A DNA stretch of 64,000 nt from an uncultured virus (IMG/VR IMGVR_UViG_3300020247_000249). Taxonomy: Duplodnaviria; Heunggongvirae; Uroviricota; Caudoviricetes. The stretch lies in IMG/VR virus record IMGVR_UViG_3300020247_000249, one strand, 5' to 3'. The position numbers and the translations under genes are program-made. Below the pieces are notes generated by a model, which ran no database searches, was not told the origin of the DNA, and was given only the letters and a program-made list of their open reading frames with translations. Below are positions 46,818 through 56,259 of the stretch, in pieces (the first letter of the stretch is position 1; the number at the start of each line of letters is the position of its first letter).

Positions 46818-47817
46818 ATTAAAAATACTTGATGTGTTCTATGGAAACATGTGTAACCTTACCTGTACTCAATGTGATGTGCGTAGCGATATATTTAGGA
46901 AAGGCGAGTATGACAAAGATTTAGAAAATATCAAAGAAGGTATAAGACTTGCAAGTGAGAAGTTTGAAATTGAAAACTATACATTGCTAGGTGGAGAGCC
47001 TCTTTTGTATATGGACCGTATTGTTGAACTAGCAAAATACATTAGGTCTATTGCACCTAACACAGTTATCATGTGTCCTACCAATGGAGCATTATTATCA
47101 AAGAATAAAGAATGGTGTGTAGAGTTAATTGAAAAATATAAAGTATTACTAATTGTTAGCGATCACTTTGCACAGTTTGAAGATAAGAAATTATCAAATA
47201 GAGTTAGGCAGGCAGCGATAGAAGTTCAAGAGAAAATTCAATTCCCGCAGTTAGATGCTGTAGACTGGTTTTACGAAATATTTGATTTTAATAATGAAAA
47301 GCAAGATCCTTTGTTTCAAGGTTGGCTTGACTTGTTAAGTATTACACACGAAGATGTAAACTATGGATTAGAAAACGATTTGTTTTTCTTAAAAGAAAGA
47401 CACGGCTTATACTATAAACAGTATGGTGTGTTTCAAAAACATCATTACATTAATGAATTTGGAAAACCTAAACCATACAACGAAGGCGATCCTGAATCAT
47501 CATATAAAAGAGGTTGCTGTAGTCCATGGTGTACATATATGCATGACAAGAAGTTATGGAAGTGTGGTTCATTAGGAACACTGCATAGATTCTTATCACA
47601 TCATAATAGTTTAGATGATCCTGATTGGCAAATGTATTTAGAATACAAACCATTAGATTTAGAAACTTGTACAGACGAAGAAGTAGCACAATTTAACTTA
47701 GACAAATATAGATCAGTTAAGCAATGTCAAATGTGTCCTAAGAACGGTGACGACTTTACTAAAACACCAGAGATGGTTTTGCCTAACAAGAGAAAAATAA
47801 ATGTACAAAGTATCTAA
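46807..47817 (+). CDS. Radical SAM protein with C-terminal Cys cluster
   Basis: CNLTCTQC, LLGGEPLL, PTNG, WKC, CQMCP. Confidence 0.92.
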   Translation: MQPKLKILDVFYGNMCNLTCTQCDVRSDIFRKGEYDKDLENIKEGIRLASEKFEIENYTLLGGEPLLYMDRIVELAKYIRSIAPNTVIMCPTNGALLSKNKEWCVELIEKYKVLLIVSDHFAQFEDKKLSNRVRQAAIEVQEKIQFPQLDAVDWFYEIFDFNNEKQDPLFQGWLDLLSITHEDVNYGLENDLFFLKERHGLYYKQYGVFQKHHYINEFGKPKPYNEGDPESSYKRGCCSPWCTYMHDKKLWKCGSLGTLHRFLSHHNSLDDPDWQMYLEYKPLDLETCTDEEVAQFNLDKYRSVKQCQMCPKNGDDFTKTPEMVLPNKRKINVQSI

Positions 47818-48358
47818 ATGGAACGAGCTACTAGACTTATCTGACTTTTACGCAGAAGCAGAGAGTAGAGGATTTAAAAATAACAGTAGTCAAGCAGCAA
47901 TGATCGATTGCTTTCGCAATGAACGCGAGTGGGAAGCATGGATATTATACCAAGATGATAAAGCCATTGGAAGCGTTGCCGCACACAGCTTTGACGATGT
48001 TATGCCTGGAGGTTATCGTATACTTACAAGAGTTTGTACGTTTGCTGAAGCACGTAAAACAACAGGACTTATTACACCTAAAAGACTAGTTGCTGAACAT
48101 CAAAACCTAACAGACCAATTCTTACTTCCACAATGTATAGAGTGGGTAGGTAATAGAGGAAAAATGTATGCTACAAGTAATAAAAGCAAAGAAGCAAGTC
48201 AACGCCTAGTTCACAGTTATTACTTTCCTACATTAGAAAAAATAGGAATTGTTAGCAGAGTAAAAGATGTGCATTATAGACACACAGATCAAACTGTATG
48301 GGAAATACATGCTGATAAGTTTTTGGAAAACTTAGAACGTTATCCGAGATGGGTCTAA
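47801..48358 (+). CDS. GNAT-fold-like protein
   Basis: WILYQDDKAIGSVAAH, YRILTRVC, MYATSN pattern. Confidence 0.45.
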   Translation: MYKVSKWNELLDLSDFYAEAESRGFKNNSSQAAMIDCFRNEREWEAWILYQDDKAIGSVAAHSFDDVMPGGYRILTRVCTFAEARKTTGLITPKRLVAEHQNLTDQFLLPQCIEWVGNRGKMYATSNKSKEASQRLVHSYYFPTLEKIGIVSRVKDVHYRHTDQTVWEIHADKFLENLERYPRWV

Positions 48359-48907
48359 GTTAGGATTTATTCTTTCTAATTCTTTGCGTACAAAGGGTGT
48401 ACATTTCCAAACAAATTCTATATTCTGTACATTAGGATTTTTTAACCAAAACTTAACTGCTTCTAAAATCTCTGTATACTTAATATGGTTATCGCTTGTA
48501 AATGCTGTAGGGTCTTGGAAGTTAACATCTGTTTGTTCAATAAAACTTAGATCAAGGTGTAACACAGGACAAGTGTCTGGTTGTAAATTATGTAACCTAC
48601 ATGCTTCGTATAGTGCTTCTTTGTCTTGAACATAGTCAGTAGGAATAAGTTCAGGATACATTCTACTAATACTACCCATTACTATCATTTTACCTACATG
48701 GTCTTTTAGTGCATGAAACAGTTTTAATTGTTGTTGATCTCTATAAGCATTGTTAATAAACAAGTCAGCACCTTTTGCTGCTTCAACTACTTTATCAAAA
48801 TCTTTATCAATATCGTAACCATTAGAACGTGATAAACCTTCTCCTTGAAAATAGGCATGAAGTATTTTACCAACTCCGCTTGTGTGTCCTGTAATTACTG
48901 TTTTCAT
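48332..48907 (-). CDS. Short SDR-family oxidoreductase
   Basis: ITGHTSGVG, LFINNA, MGS, YVQDK. Confidence 0.75.
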   Translation of the reverse strand: MKTVITGHTSGVGKILHAYFQGEGLSRSNGYDIDKDFDKVVEAAKGADLFINNAYRDQQQLKLFHALKDHVGKMIVMGSISRMYPELIPTDYVQDKEALYEACRLHNLQPDTCPVLHLDLSFIEQTDVNFQDPTAFTSDNHIKYTEILEAVKFWLKNPNVQNIEFVWKCTPFVRKELERINPNLDPSRITF

Positions 48908-49362
48908 ATTGTAAATCTAATTTCGTTGATTGTACTGTTTTCTAGCCAATAGTCTATTGTGTTATGTATTGTTTGATATTCTTTTACTGCTGTTCCTGTT
49001 AGTGTTAGTAGTAATATGTCTGCCTTGCATGTATCACGAGATTGAGATATCTCAAGTACTCTTTCACGTAAGTTCTTTTTATCTAAACTGTACACAGGCA
49101 TGTCAGGATCAGGTGAATCTGCTGCAATACTACCACTTACTATAATTTTTATGTTGTAGTCTTTTAGTGTTTCTATATAGTTTAGTTGCCTACCATCTGC
49201 GTAAGCATTGCAAATAAAAACATCACAAGTTTTAGCAACATCAACTACTTCATCAAATAAACTGTTTTTACCAAACTCTTTTACATCAGCATTTTTAAGT
49301 TTGAAATATGCTGAAAGTAGTTGCCCTACTCCTTTTGTTCCGCCTAATACTACAACGTTCAT
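48904..49362 (-). CDS. Short SDR-family oxidoreductase
   Basis: VLGGTKGVG, FICNA, SGS, YSLDK; start reassigned. Confidence 0.72.
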   Translation of the reverse strand: MNVVVLGGTKGVGQLLSAYFKLKNADVKEFGKNSLFDEVVDVAKTCDVFICNAYADGRQLNYIETLKDYNIKIIVSGSIAADSPDPDMPVYSLDKKNLRERVLEISQSRDTCKADILLLTLTGTAVKEYQTIHNTIDYWLENSTINEIRFTI

Positions 49363-49958
49363 TCTACCCTCGGACCGTTTGCAATAAAAAATGCAGCAAT
49401 CCACTTGGCTCCTTTAGTAATTGGCATGCCTTCATGTATTGTCATTTTGTTTATTTTTTCATCTTCATAGTCGTACTCAAAGTACATCATTCCTCCTTTT
49501 TCAGGAGTAACACAAACACCTAACTCTGGAAACTTACATTCGCCTCCGTCATATCCATCATTTAACCAAAATATTGCAGTTGCTTTTCTATCACCTCCTT
49601 TTGCGTAATAAGCAATGTCTTCTGGTGTGTATGGAAAGTCGTGGTGCAGTCCAAAGTATTGGCCTGTATCGTATCTATAGATATCCCCAGCTTCAATATG
49701 ACTGTCAGGTATTTTTAATACTTCACAAATTTTATTTCTAAAAAATTGTCTATCTTCAGTTGAGGTGTCCCAACTAATACTACGTTGTTCTACTTCCTCA
49801 GTAATTTGTCCGTATGTTTGTTCTCTAGATTCTAACCCTGCATTAGGATTCATTCCTAGTTCTGTATATTTTTTAACAAACTTATCACAGGTTTCATTAT
49901 CTACAACATCTGTGTAAACAGAAATCCACGGGTGATCTAAATATAAAATGTTTTCCAT
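49359..49958 (-). CDS. Prolyl 4-hydroxylase-like 2OG-Fe(II) oxygenase
   Basis: RYDTGQYFGLHHD, DRKATAIFWLN, GGECKFP, HEGMPITKGAKW. Confidence 0.88.
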   Translation of the reverse strand: MENILYLDHPWISVYTDVVDNETCDKFVKKYTELGMNPNAGLESREQTYGQITEEVEQRSISWDTSTEDRQFFRNKICEVLKIPDSHIEAGDIYRYDTGQYFGLHHDFPYTPEDIAYYAKGGDRKATAIFWLNDGYDGGECKFPELGVCVTPEKGGMMYFEYDYEDEKINKMTIHEGMPITKGAKWIAAFFIANGPRVE

Positions 49959-50485
49959 TACCATGCGTTCCATATATACTTAGGCACTGTTCCACAATTT
50001 GTTCCGGCGTGCCAAATCTTTCTATCTTCCCACTCGTAAGTTGCACCTTGTGGAATATTATAAAATGTATCATTACCAGCAATAAAAATATGCCCCCATT
50101 GCGGACTACCTATATGGCAATGATATCTAGGACAATCAGGAATGTTTTCTTCGTTGTCATGTACGTCCCAATGAATAGGTGCAAAACGTCCTGGGTGTAT
50201 TCTACTTATCCACACGTTTTTACAGTCTAATCCGTAAAACTCGTTCCAAGCATCAACTATGCTTTGATCAAATTGTTTACCTGGAATAAACATATCCCAA
50301 CCTGCTGTGCCACCTTCGTGTACAGTTTTAATGCCTGCTTCTTCCCACATATCTAATATAGGATCTAGTCCAGGAATAGTGTCACCACGCTTATGACTAG
50401 GTCCTACAAACTCAGGTTCGACACTTGCACATTGTTCTATTACACTATCCCAATCAATAGTATTACATACACCTAAATGCTTCAT
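49958..50485 (-). CDS. Cupin/2OG-Fe(II) oxygenase
   Basis: PGRFAPIHWD, WGHIF, WHAGTNCG. Confidence 0.78.
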   Translation of the reverse strand: MKHLGVCNTIDWDSVIEQCASVEPEFVGPSHKRGDTIPGLDPILDMWEEAGIKTVHEGGTAGWDMFIPGKQFDQSIVDAWNEFYGLDCKNVWISRIHPGRFAPIHWDVHDNEENIPDCPRYHCHIGSPQWGHIFIAGNDTFYNIPQGATYEWEDRKIWHAGTNCGTVPKYIWNAW

Positions 50486-51060
50486 TTGTTTGGCCTTCCT
50501 AAAAAATGAAACAAGTATTGATGATGTACACCCATACAAGTTCCTGCATGATAGCTTCTATAACTATCCCATTCCCATATTTCGCCTTGTGCTACATTAT
50601 GAAATGCTTGTTCTTCTAACACTAGTACATTACCCCAACGTGGCTTGTCCATAAAACATACCCAACGTTTAAGTTCACCTAGTTTTAACCATTCTTCTTC
50701 TTTATCTTCTACGTCCCAATGATAAGGAACATTGTTACATGGAGCAACATCACTAACAAACACTCTTAAAGGCTCTGCATCTATAATTTTAGCAAACTTG
50801 TTTTGTATCTCAATATCGAAATGTTCACCTGGATAATAATCCCACCATTGAATCTCATCTAAATTATAACCTGCTTTATCCCAAGTATCAATTACATTGT
50901 GATATGAGCCTAGTAATTCTGGATTGTCTCTCCAGTTACCTTCTGAACGATCTACAACTGTCTTAACTGAATTATAATCGCCAGTGGTGCATTTAGCACA
51001 CAGATCAACTATAGGATCCCAGTCTATAACATCTTTAGTTGTACCAACTAGTTTAGCCAT
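50482..51060 (-). CDS. Cupin/2OG-Fe(II) oxygenase (paralog of 49958-50485)
   Basis: VPYHWD, QGEIWEW, YHAGTC. Confidence 0.78.
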   Translation of the reverse strand: MAKLVGTTKDVIDWDPIVDLCAKCTTGDYNSVKTVVDRSEGNWRDNPELLGSYHNVIDTWDKAGYNLDEIQWWDYYPGEHFDIEIQNKFAKIIDAEPLRVFVSDVAPCNNVPYHWDVEDKEEEWLKLGELKRWVCFMDKPRWGNVLVLEEQAFHNVAQGEIWEWDSYRSYHAGTCMGVHHQYLFHFLGRPNK

Positions 51061-51745
51061 CTCCAAACAATTCCTTGTATATGTAACTCATGTTTTCATC
51101 TCCCCATAAAACATGTTCTCCTAGACTACGCTTAAACATAATTTCTAAATTGACCTTGTCGTCAATTGGCTCACCTGTTTCGTCTAGTCTAAATTGTGCT
51201 GTGTCGTGTATAATACCTTGCATATATTTTTGCTCAATGAAAGGATCGTCAATAGGAACACAGCCGTACCAATCAATTGCTTTCATTTGTTTTGTATCTG
51301 TAATATAGTGACAGTGTGGATACATTGTTAACTTGTAGATACCTTCATCATACTGGTCAACTATAATATCTCTAATTTGCCTACGCCACATATACTCAGG
51401 CCACTCTTTAATTTCAGGATCATTAATTATTTGGTTACAGCTCTTGCCATACCATTTAATATAAATCTTTTGATTTTTGTAATCAATGTCTTTAACTTCT
51501 GGTGCATACTTTTTATCTTTAAAAAGCTCTAAGTATGTTAGTTCGTTTTGAAAAAACCAATCAACAACTTCTTTAGTGTAAAGTGGCCTTGGTTTGTTTT
51601 CCATCTTTTGATATTCGCTATCAACATTATAATTCTTACAAAACGTTGTTCCGTCTTCACTTATAAGAGGTTCATAAGTTTGCTGAGCCATACACGGCCA
51701 GCCTTCTGGATCTAGTTTAAGATATGGTTGCCATTTAGCGTTCAA
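51053..51745 (-). CDS. Protein-kinase-fold protein
   Basis: FQNELTY, APEVKDID, GIYKLTMYPHCHY, KAIDWYG. Confidence 0.55.
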   Translation of the reverse strand: MNAKWQPYLKLDPEGWPCMAQQTYEPLISEDGTTFCKNYNVDSEYQKMENKPRPLYTKEVVDWFFQNELTYLELFKDKKYAPEVKDIDYKNQKIYIKWYGKSCNQIINDPEIKEWPEYMWRRQIRDIIVDQYDEGIYKLTMYPHCHYITDTKQMKAIDWYGCVPIDDPFIEQKYMQGIIHDTAQFRLDETGEPIDDKVNLEIMFKRSLGEHVLWGDENMSYIYKELFGDG

Positions 51746-52649
51746 GTTTTTGTCTCCAGTATTCTATGGTTCTGTCTAAGCCTTCATCTAACGTAACTTT
51801 AGGCTCCCAACCTAGTTTTTCTTTGATCAGTTTATTGTTAGAGTTTAGCCAATAAATTTCTCCTGCTCGGAATAATTTTGTGTTCCAGTTAATAGGTCCT
51901 GTGTATCCAATCTTTTCTGCAATAAGCTCTGCATAGTCTTTAATCTTAATAGGATTGTCAGGACCAATTGTAAAAATTAATCCGCTATTGCATTTGTCTG
52001 GATTAGTAATTACAGTTTCCCATGCATCAAGCATATCAGTAACATATATAAAATTACGATAAGGTTCTGCATAACCTAAGTTACATTCTTTACCTTCAAG
52101 CATTTGGCTAATAATCTGCTCTGTAACAAAATAGTCATTGTCTTTTCTACCATAGCAGTTAGTTTGTCTAAATGCAGTAAAAGGTAGATCTAAACAACGG
52201 TTTGCATATTCTAAATATTTTTCACACCCGTACTTTGCTACCGCATATGGTGCATTAGGGTTAGGTTGTGTGTTTTCGTCAAACGCTATAAATTTTTCTG
52301 GTATACCATCTTTTTCAACTTCGTCTGAAATAGGTTGCCAACCATATACTTCCATTGTACTAGCAAACACAAAATTCTTTAAACGCTTTATCCTTGATGC
52401 TGCTTCAATTAAATTTACAGTTCCAACATAGTTAATTTCACTAAATGTAATTTGCTCATAAAAACTTTGTTCTACTTCAGTACGTGCAGCAAGGTGTACA
52501 ATTTGATCTGGGTTAACTGCAAGTACTTCGTCTGCAACTGCTTTATGATCTCTCAGGTCACTACGCATGTGATGTATGTCGTAATGTTTTAACCTTTCAG
52601 TTAACGCTTGACCGATAAATCCAGAGGAACCTGTCATTAAAATTTTCAT
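51735..52649 (-). CDS. NAD-dependent epimerase/dehydratase (NDP-sugar)
   Basis: TGSSGFIG, HLAA, ASTMEVYG, PYAVAK, LGWEP. Confidence 0.93.
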   Translation of the reverse strand: MKILMTGSSGFIGQALTERLKHYDIHHMRSDLRDHKAVADEVLAVNPDQIVHLAARTEVEQSFYEQITFSEINYVGTVNLIEAASRIKRLKNFVFASTMEVYGWQPISDEVEKDGIPEKFIAFDENTQPNPNAPYAVAKYGCEKYLEYANRCLDLPFTAFRQTNCYGRKDNDYFVTEQIISQMLEGKECNLGYAEPYRNFIYVTDMLDAWETVITNPDKCNSGLIFTIGPDNPIKIKDYAELIAEKIGYTGPINWNTKLFRAGEIYWLNSNNKLIKEKLGWEPKVTLDEGLDRTIEYWRQKLER

Positions 52650-53302
52650 AGTATTACTAACTCCATTTGTTGTGGTACTGGGATTATTGGCACCAAGCCC
52701 TTTTCAATATCAAACTCTATGCCTTGCTTAACAACTTTTACATTGCTAATAATTTTTGTGTTATTTGCTGCCCTGTTTAACCAAGGACTTAAATGTTTAT
52801 CAAACTCGTATCGTATGTTTCCTTTGACTCCTGCAATTCTAACATGTTGCGGATCATTAATAATATTTTTAGGTAGTAATTTTCTTACAACTAACTGCGC
52901 TCTTATCTCAGCACCTATATTCATAGCAGTGTGTGGAACACCAGCATCCATGTCATACCATTTGCCGTCAAGCACAGTCTTAAACATTTCTTCTTTTTCT
53001 AAATCAATAAGGTAGGCTTCATCTCCGCAAAGATTTAAATGCCAACGATTGTCAATGTCTGCATGTGAAGTATAACAACTAGGCGATTCTAAAATAATAA
53101 TTCTTCCTTGTCCTTTAGGTTCTGGCAAACTATTCCAAATAGTTTCCCATGCTGTTCCTAAGAACTCCGGCTTCAACTGCCAAGGATCATAAAAGAAGCT
53201 GCCAGTTTGCTCAGATATATCAAACTTTCCAATATCATACACATCGCCCATTACGCCTGCTATATCATCTAAAGATACTGTATATTTGGTATTTTGGATC
53301 AT
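52646..53302 (-). CDS. Cupin/2OG-Fe(II) oxygenase-like protein
   Basis: YTSHADIDNRWHL, HTAMN, RAQLV; start reassigned to MIQNT. Confidence 0.7.
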   Translation of the reverse strand: MIQNTKYTVSLDDIAGVMGDVYDIGKFDISEQTGSFFYDPWQLKPEFLGTAWETIWNSLPEPKGQGRIIILESPSCYTSHADIDNRWHLNLCGDEAYLIDLEKEEMFKTVLDGKWYDMDAGVPHTAMNIGAEIRAQLVVRKLLPKNIINDPQHVRIAGVKGNIRYEFDKHLSPWLNRAANNTKIISNVKVVKQGIEFDIEKGLVPIIPVPQQMELVIL

Positions 53303-53356
53303 ATGCATATTTACCGGAACTAAATTAACTGTGTACATAACTTGGTAAATATGAAT

Positions 53357-54094
53357 ATGCGTAAAATAAAGATTGACGATGTGATCTTACCAATGGATAT
53401 AAAATGGAAAAACGTTGGTATTAGTTTAAGTGGTGGAGCAGATAGTGCGTTACTTGCATACTTAATTTGCCAAAACCTACATGACAACTGTAAAGTACAC
53501 ATTAGTACACAGGTTAGAATGTGGAAATCACGACCATGGCAAGAGCATATTTCAGCAGAAGTATTTGATTGGTTTGTAGGACATTTTCCTGATCTTGAGT
53601 TTGAAAGACACGTTAACTTTATTCCACCTGAACTTGAAGAGCCACATACCACTATGATTAAAGATGAAAATGGCAAAATGAAGTCAGGTAACAGAATTAT
53701 ACTAAGATCGTTCAACGAGTACCTTGCACACAAAGTAAACTTAGATGCATGGTATGCAGCCGTTACACTAAATCCTGATGTAGAATTTGACGGTGCAATG
53801 AGTGATAGACAAGAGCCGGCAATAGATGCTATAATGACACATATGGGCGTAACAGTTTGTCACCCTTTTATTGCTAGTAAAAAAGATTGGGTCATAGGAC
53901 AATACATAAAAAATGATATTGCTGAGTTGTTAAACATCACTAGAAGTTGCGAAGGTGACAACGATCAATATCCGGAAGTCTTCAAAGGACTAGATTATAA
54001 AACATACACACCCGGACAATATGTACCAACATGTAAGAAATGTTTTTGGTGTCAAGAAAGACAATGGGGAGTAATGAATGCCATGCAAAAGTAA
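53357..54094 (+). CDS. QueC-like PP-loop ATPase
   Basis: SLSGGADS, HPF, TRSCE, CKKCFWCQER; start reassigned to MRKIK. Confidence 0.75.
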   Translation: MRKIKIDDVILPMDIKWKNVGISLSGGADSALLAYLICQNLHDNCKVHISTQVRMWKSRPWQEHISAEVFDWFVGHFPDLEFERHVNFIPPELEEPHTTMIKDENGKMKSGNRIILRSFNEYLAHKVNLDAWYAAVTLNPDVEFDGAMSDRQEPAIDAIMTHMGVTVCHPFIASKKDWVIGQYIKNDIAELLNITRSCEGDNDQYPEVFKGLDYKTYTPGQYVPTCKKCFWCQERQWGVMNAMQK

Positions 54095-55349
54095 AACATT
54101 TTGTATGCATCCTTTTACAGGATTAGCAACAAGAGAAGATGGCGCAATTAAGATCTGTTGCCGTAGTGCTCCTATTGGAGACATTAAAGACAACACACTA
54201 GAAGAGATTTGGAACGGCGACAAAATGAAAGAAGTTCGTCGACAGGTTATGAATGACGAACGTCCTGATGTTTGTGAGCCTTGCTTTAGATTAGAAGATC
54301 AGGGTGTACAGAGCTTACGACAGCGTCATACAGCAGGAGTAATACCTGAAGCAAGGATCAACTTATACCCAGACGCATTAGACGCACTAGAAGATGATTA
54401 CAGTATGCCGTTTGAAATGCCTACTATGGAAGTTAAACTTAATAATCTATGTAACTTAAAGTGTCGTATGTGTAACCCATTAGATAGTACACAATGGAAA
54501 GACTGGGACCAAGTTACAGAATTTTATAAAAAAGAAAATAACTTTCTTATACCCACAGTTAATAAATTAGTAGACACACCAGGCAAGTATATTGATGCAT
54601 TTAATGATACAGACAACTGGTGGAAGTCTTTTGAAAAACTACTGCCGCACTTTAGACGTGTAGAGTTTGCAGGTGGAGAACCTTTAATGGATCCTCAGCA
54701 CTATAAAATTTTAGATATGTTAGCACCATACGGTAAAAATATCGAAATCAAGTATGCAACAAACGGCACCACACTAGGAATCAAAGGCGGACGTACAATA
54801 CACGATTACTGGCCTAAGTTTAAAAGTGTTGCAGTTAATGTTTCAATTGATGGTGTACATGATGTATATGAATACATCAGAGGAAACGGTAAGTTTGAAG
54901 AGATTGAAGAAAACATTAAGATAATGAAAACTATACCAACAGTAAGTAGAATAGTTGGAGCATTTACAGTACAAGCAAACAACATAATGCAAATAGATAA
55001 AGTAATAGAATACTTCATGGAAAACATGGACATTATTTTCTATAGTCATAGGGTGCAATATCCAAGAGCGTTATCAGCACAATGTATTCCGCCAGATCTA
55101 AAACAAAAAGTTATTGCTAAATTAGAAGCAATGAAAACAAAAGTGTTAGATTACAAACTTGTTAAAAGTGACGAACGTATTAAGGACTTTACACTAACGC
55201 AAATTCAGGATAATATTAACTTCTTAGAAGCAGATGATCTACACAACGAACTATGGCAAGACTGCATTAATTTTAATCGCAACTTAGATAAGAGTCGTAA
55301 ACAAGGACCATTTGAAGTTATTAATCCGGAGTTTGCTCCGTATGTTTAA
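54078..55349 (+). CDS. Radical SAM protein, N-terminal twitch/SPASM-like domain
   Basis: FCMHPF...CC...CEPC; CNLKCRMC; FAGGEPL; YATNGT. Confidence 0.93.
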   Translation: MPCKSKTFCMHPFTGLATREDGAIKICCRSAPIGDIKDNTLEEIWNGDKMKEVRRQVMNDERPDVCEPCFRLEDQGVQSLRQRHTAGVIPEARINLYPDALDALEDDYSMPFEMPTMEVKLNNLCNLKCRMCNPLDSTQWKDWDQVTEFYKKENNFLIPTVNKLVDTPGKYIDAFNDTDNWWKSFEKLLPHFRRVEFAGGEPLMDPQHYKILDMLAPYGKNIEIKYATNGTTLGIKGGRTIHDYWPKFKSVAVNVSIDGVHDVYEYIRGNGKFEEIEENIKIMKTIPTVSRIVGAFTVQANNIMQIDKVIEYFMENMDIIFYSHRVQYPRALSAQCIPPDLKQKVIAKLEAMKTKVLDYKLVKSDERIKDFTLTQIQDNINFLEADDLHNELWQDCINFNRNLDKSRKQGPFEVINPEFAPYV

Positions 55350-56259
55350 AATAGCGTCTAGTTATGATCGGCAAGACAGCGTTCATGTTGAGTGGAATCT
55401 TGGCAAACGTTGTAACTTTGATTGTAGTTATTGTCCAGCAGAAATACACGATAACACTAGTCCACACACAAATATTAAAGTATTAATAGATGCCGTTGAT
55501 GCACTAGCTGAAACTGGTAAATCAATGCGTGTAAGTTTTACAGGCGGTGAACCGTGTGTACACCCACAGTTTACAGAACTAGTTGATCATGCAAGTCAGC
55601 GTGTTGACTGGATCAATGTAACTACTAACGGAACACGTACAGCAAAGTACTACAGTGACCTTAACGTAAATCATATTGTGTTTAGTTTGCATGTAGAAGA
55701 TGACGAGCATTGGAGAAGATGTGCAGAAACTGTGTTAATGTTTTCTCAGATAAATGAAGGATATGCATCTCCGCAAAAGCCATTTCAAGTTAATTTAATG
55801 GCACATCATAAATTTATGGATAGAGTAAAAGAGTGTGCTACAATGTTCGACGGACACGGTATTCCTTATGTTGTAAGACGAATAAGATGGACAGAAGGTG
55901 ACCATGATGTGTTTGATGATTTAAAATATGAAGGTAAAGACTTAGAATGGATATTGTCTAAAACATCTACTGTAGAACCTAATGTTATTATTGATGATAA
56001 AACTAAAATGCATGCCAACGATATTATCAAAAAACATCTAAATCAATTTGAAGGTTGGAAATGTAGTGCAGGTATCGAAAGCCTAATGATTAATTGGGAC
56101 GGTGAAGTTCATCGTGCTACTTGTAGAGTTGGTGGAAGTATAGGTAACATTTATGACGGTAGTTTTGAACAACCGGAAGAGTGGATAACTTGTACTCGTA
56201 AGTGGTGTACTTGTGCTGCTGATATACCCCTTACTAAAGTAAGTGATCTAGTTCAGTAA
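55342..56259 (+). CDS. Radical SAM protein with C-terminal SPASM-like domain
   Basis: CNFDCSYC, FTGGEP, TTNG, CSAG, CTRKWCTCAAD. Confidence 0.93.
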   Translation: MFKIASSYDRQDSVHVEWNLGKRCNFDCSYCPAEIHDNTSPHTNIKVLIDAVDALAETGKSMRVSFTGGEPCVHPQFTELVDHASQRVDWINVTTNGTRTAKYYSDLNVNHIVFSLHVEDDEHWRRCAETVLMFSQINEGYASPQKPFQVNLMAHHKFMDRVKECATMFDGHGIPYVVRRIRWTEGDHDVFDDLKYEGKDLEWILSKTSTVEPNVIIDDKTKMHANDIIKKHLNQFEGWKCSAGIESLMINWDGEVHRATCRVGGSIGNIYDGSFEQPEEWITCTRKWCTCAADIPLTKVSDLVQ

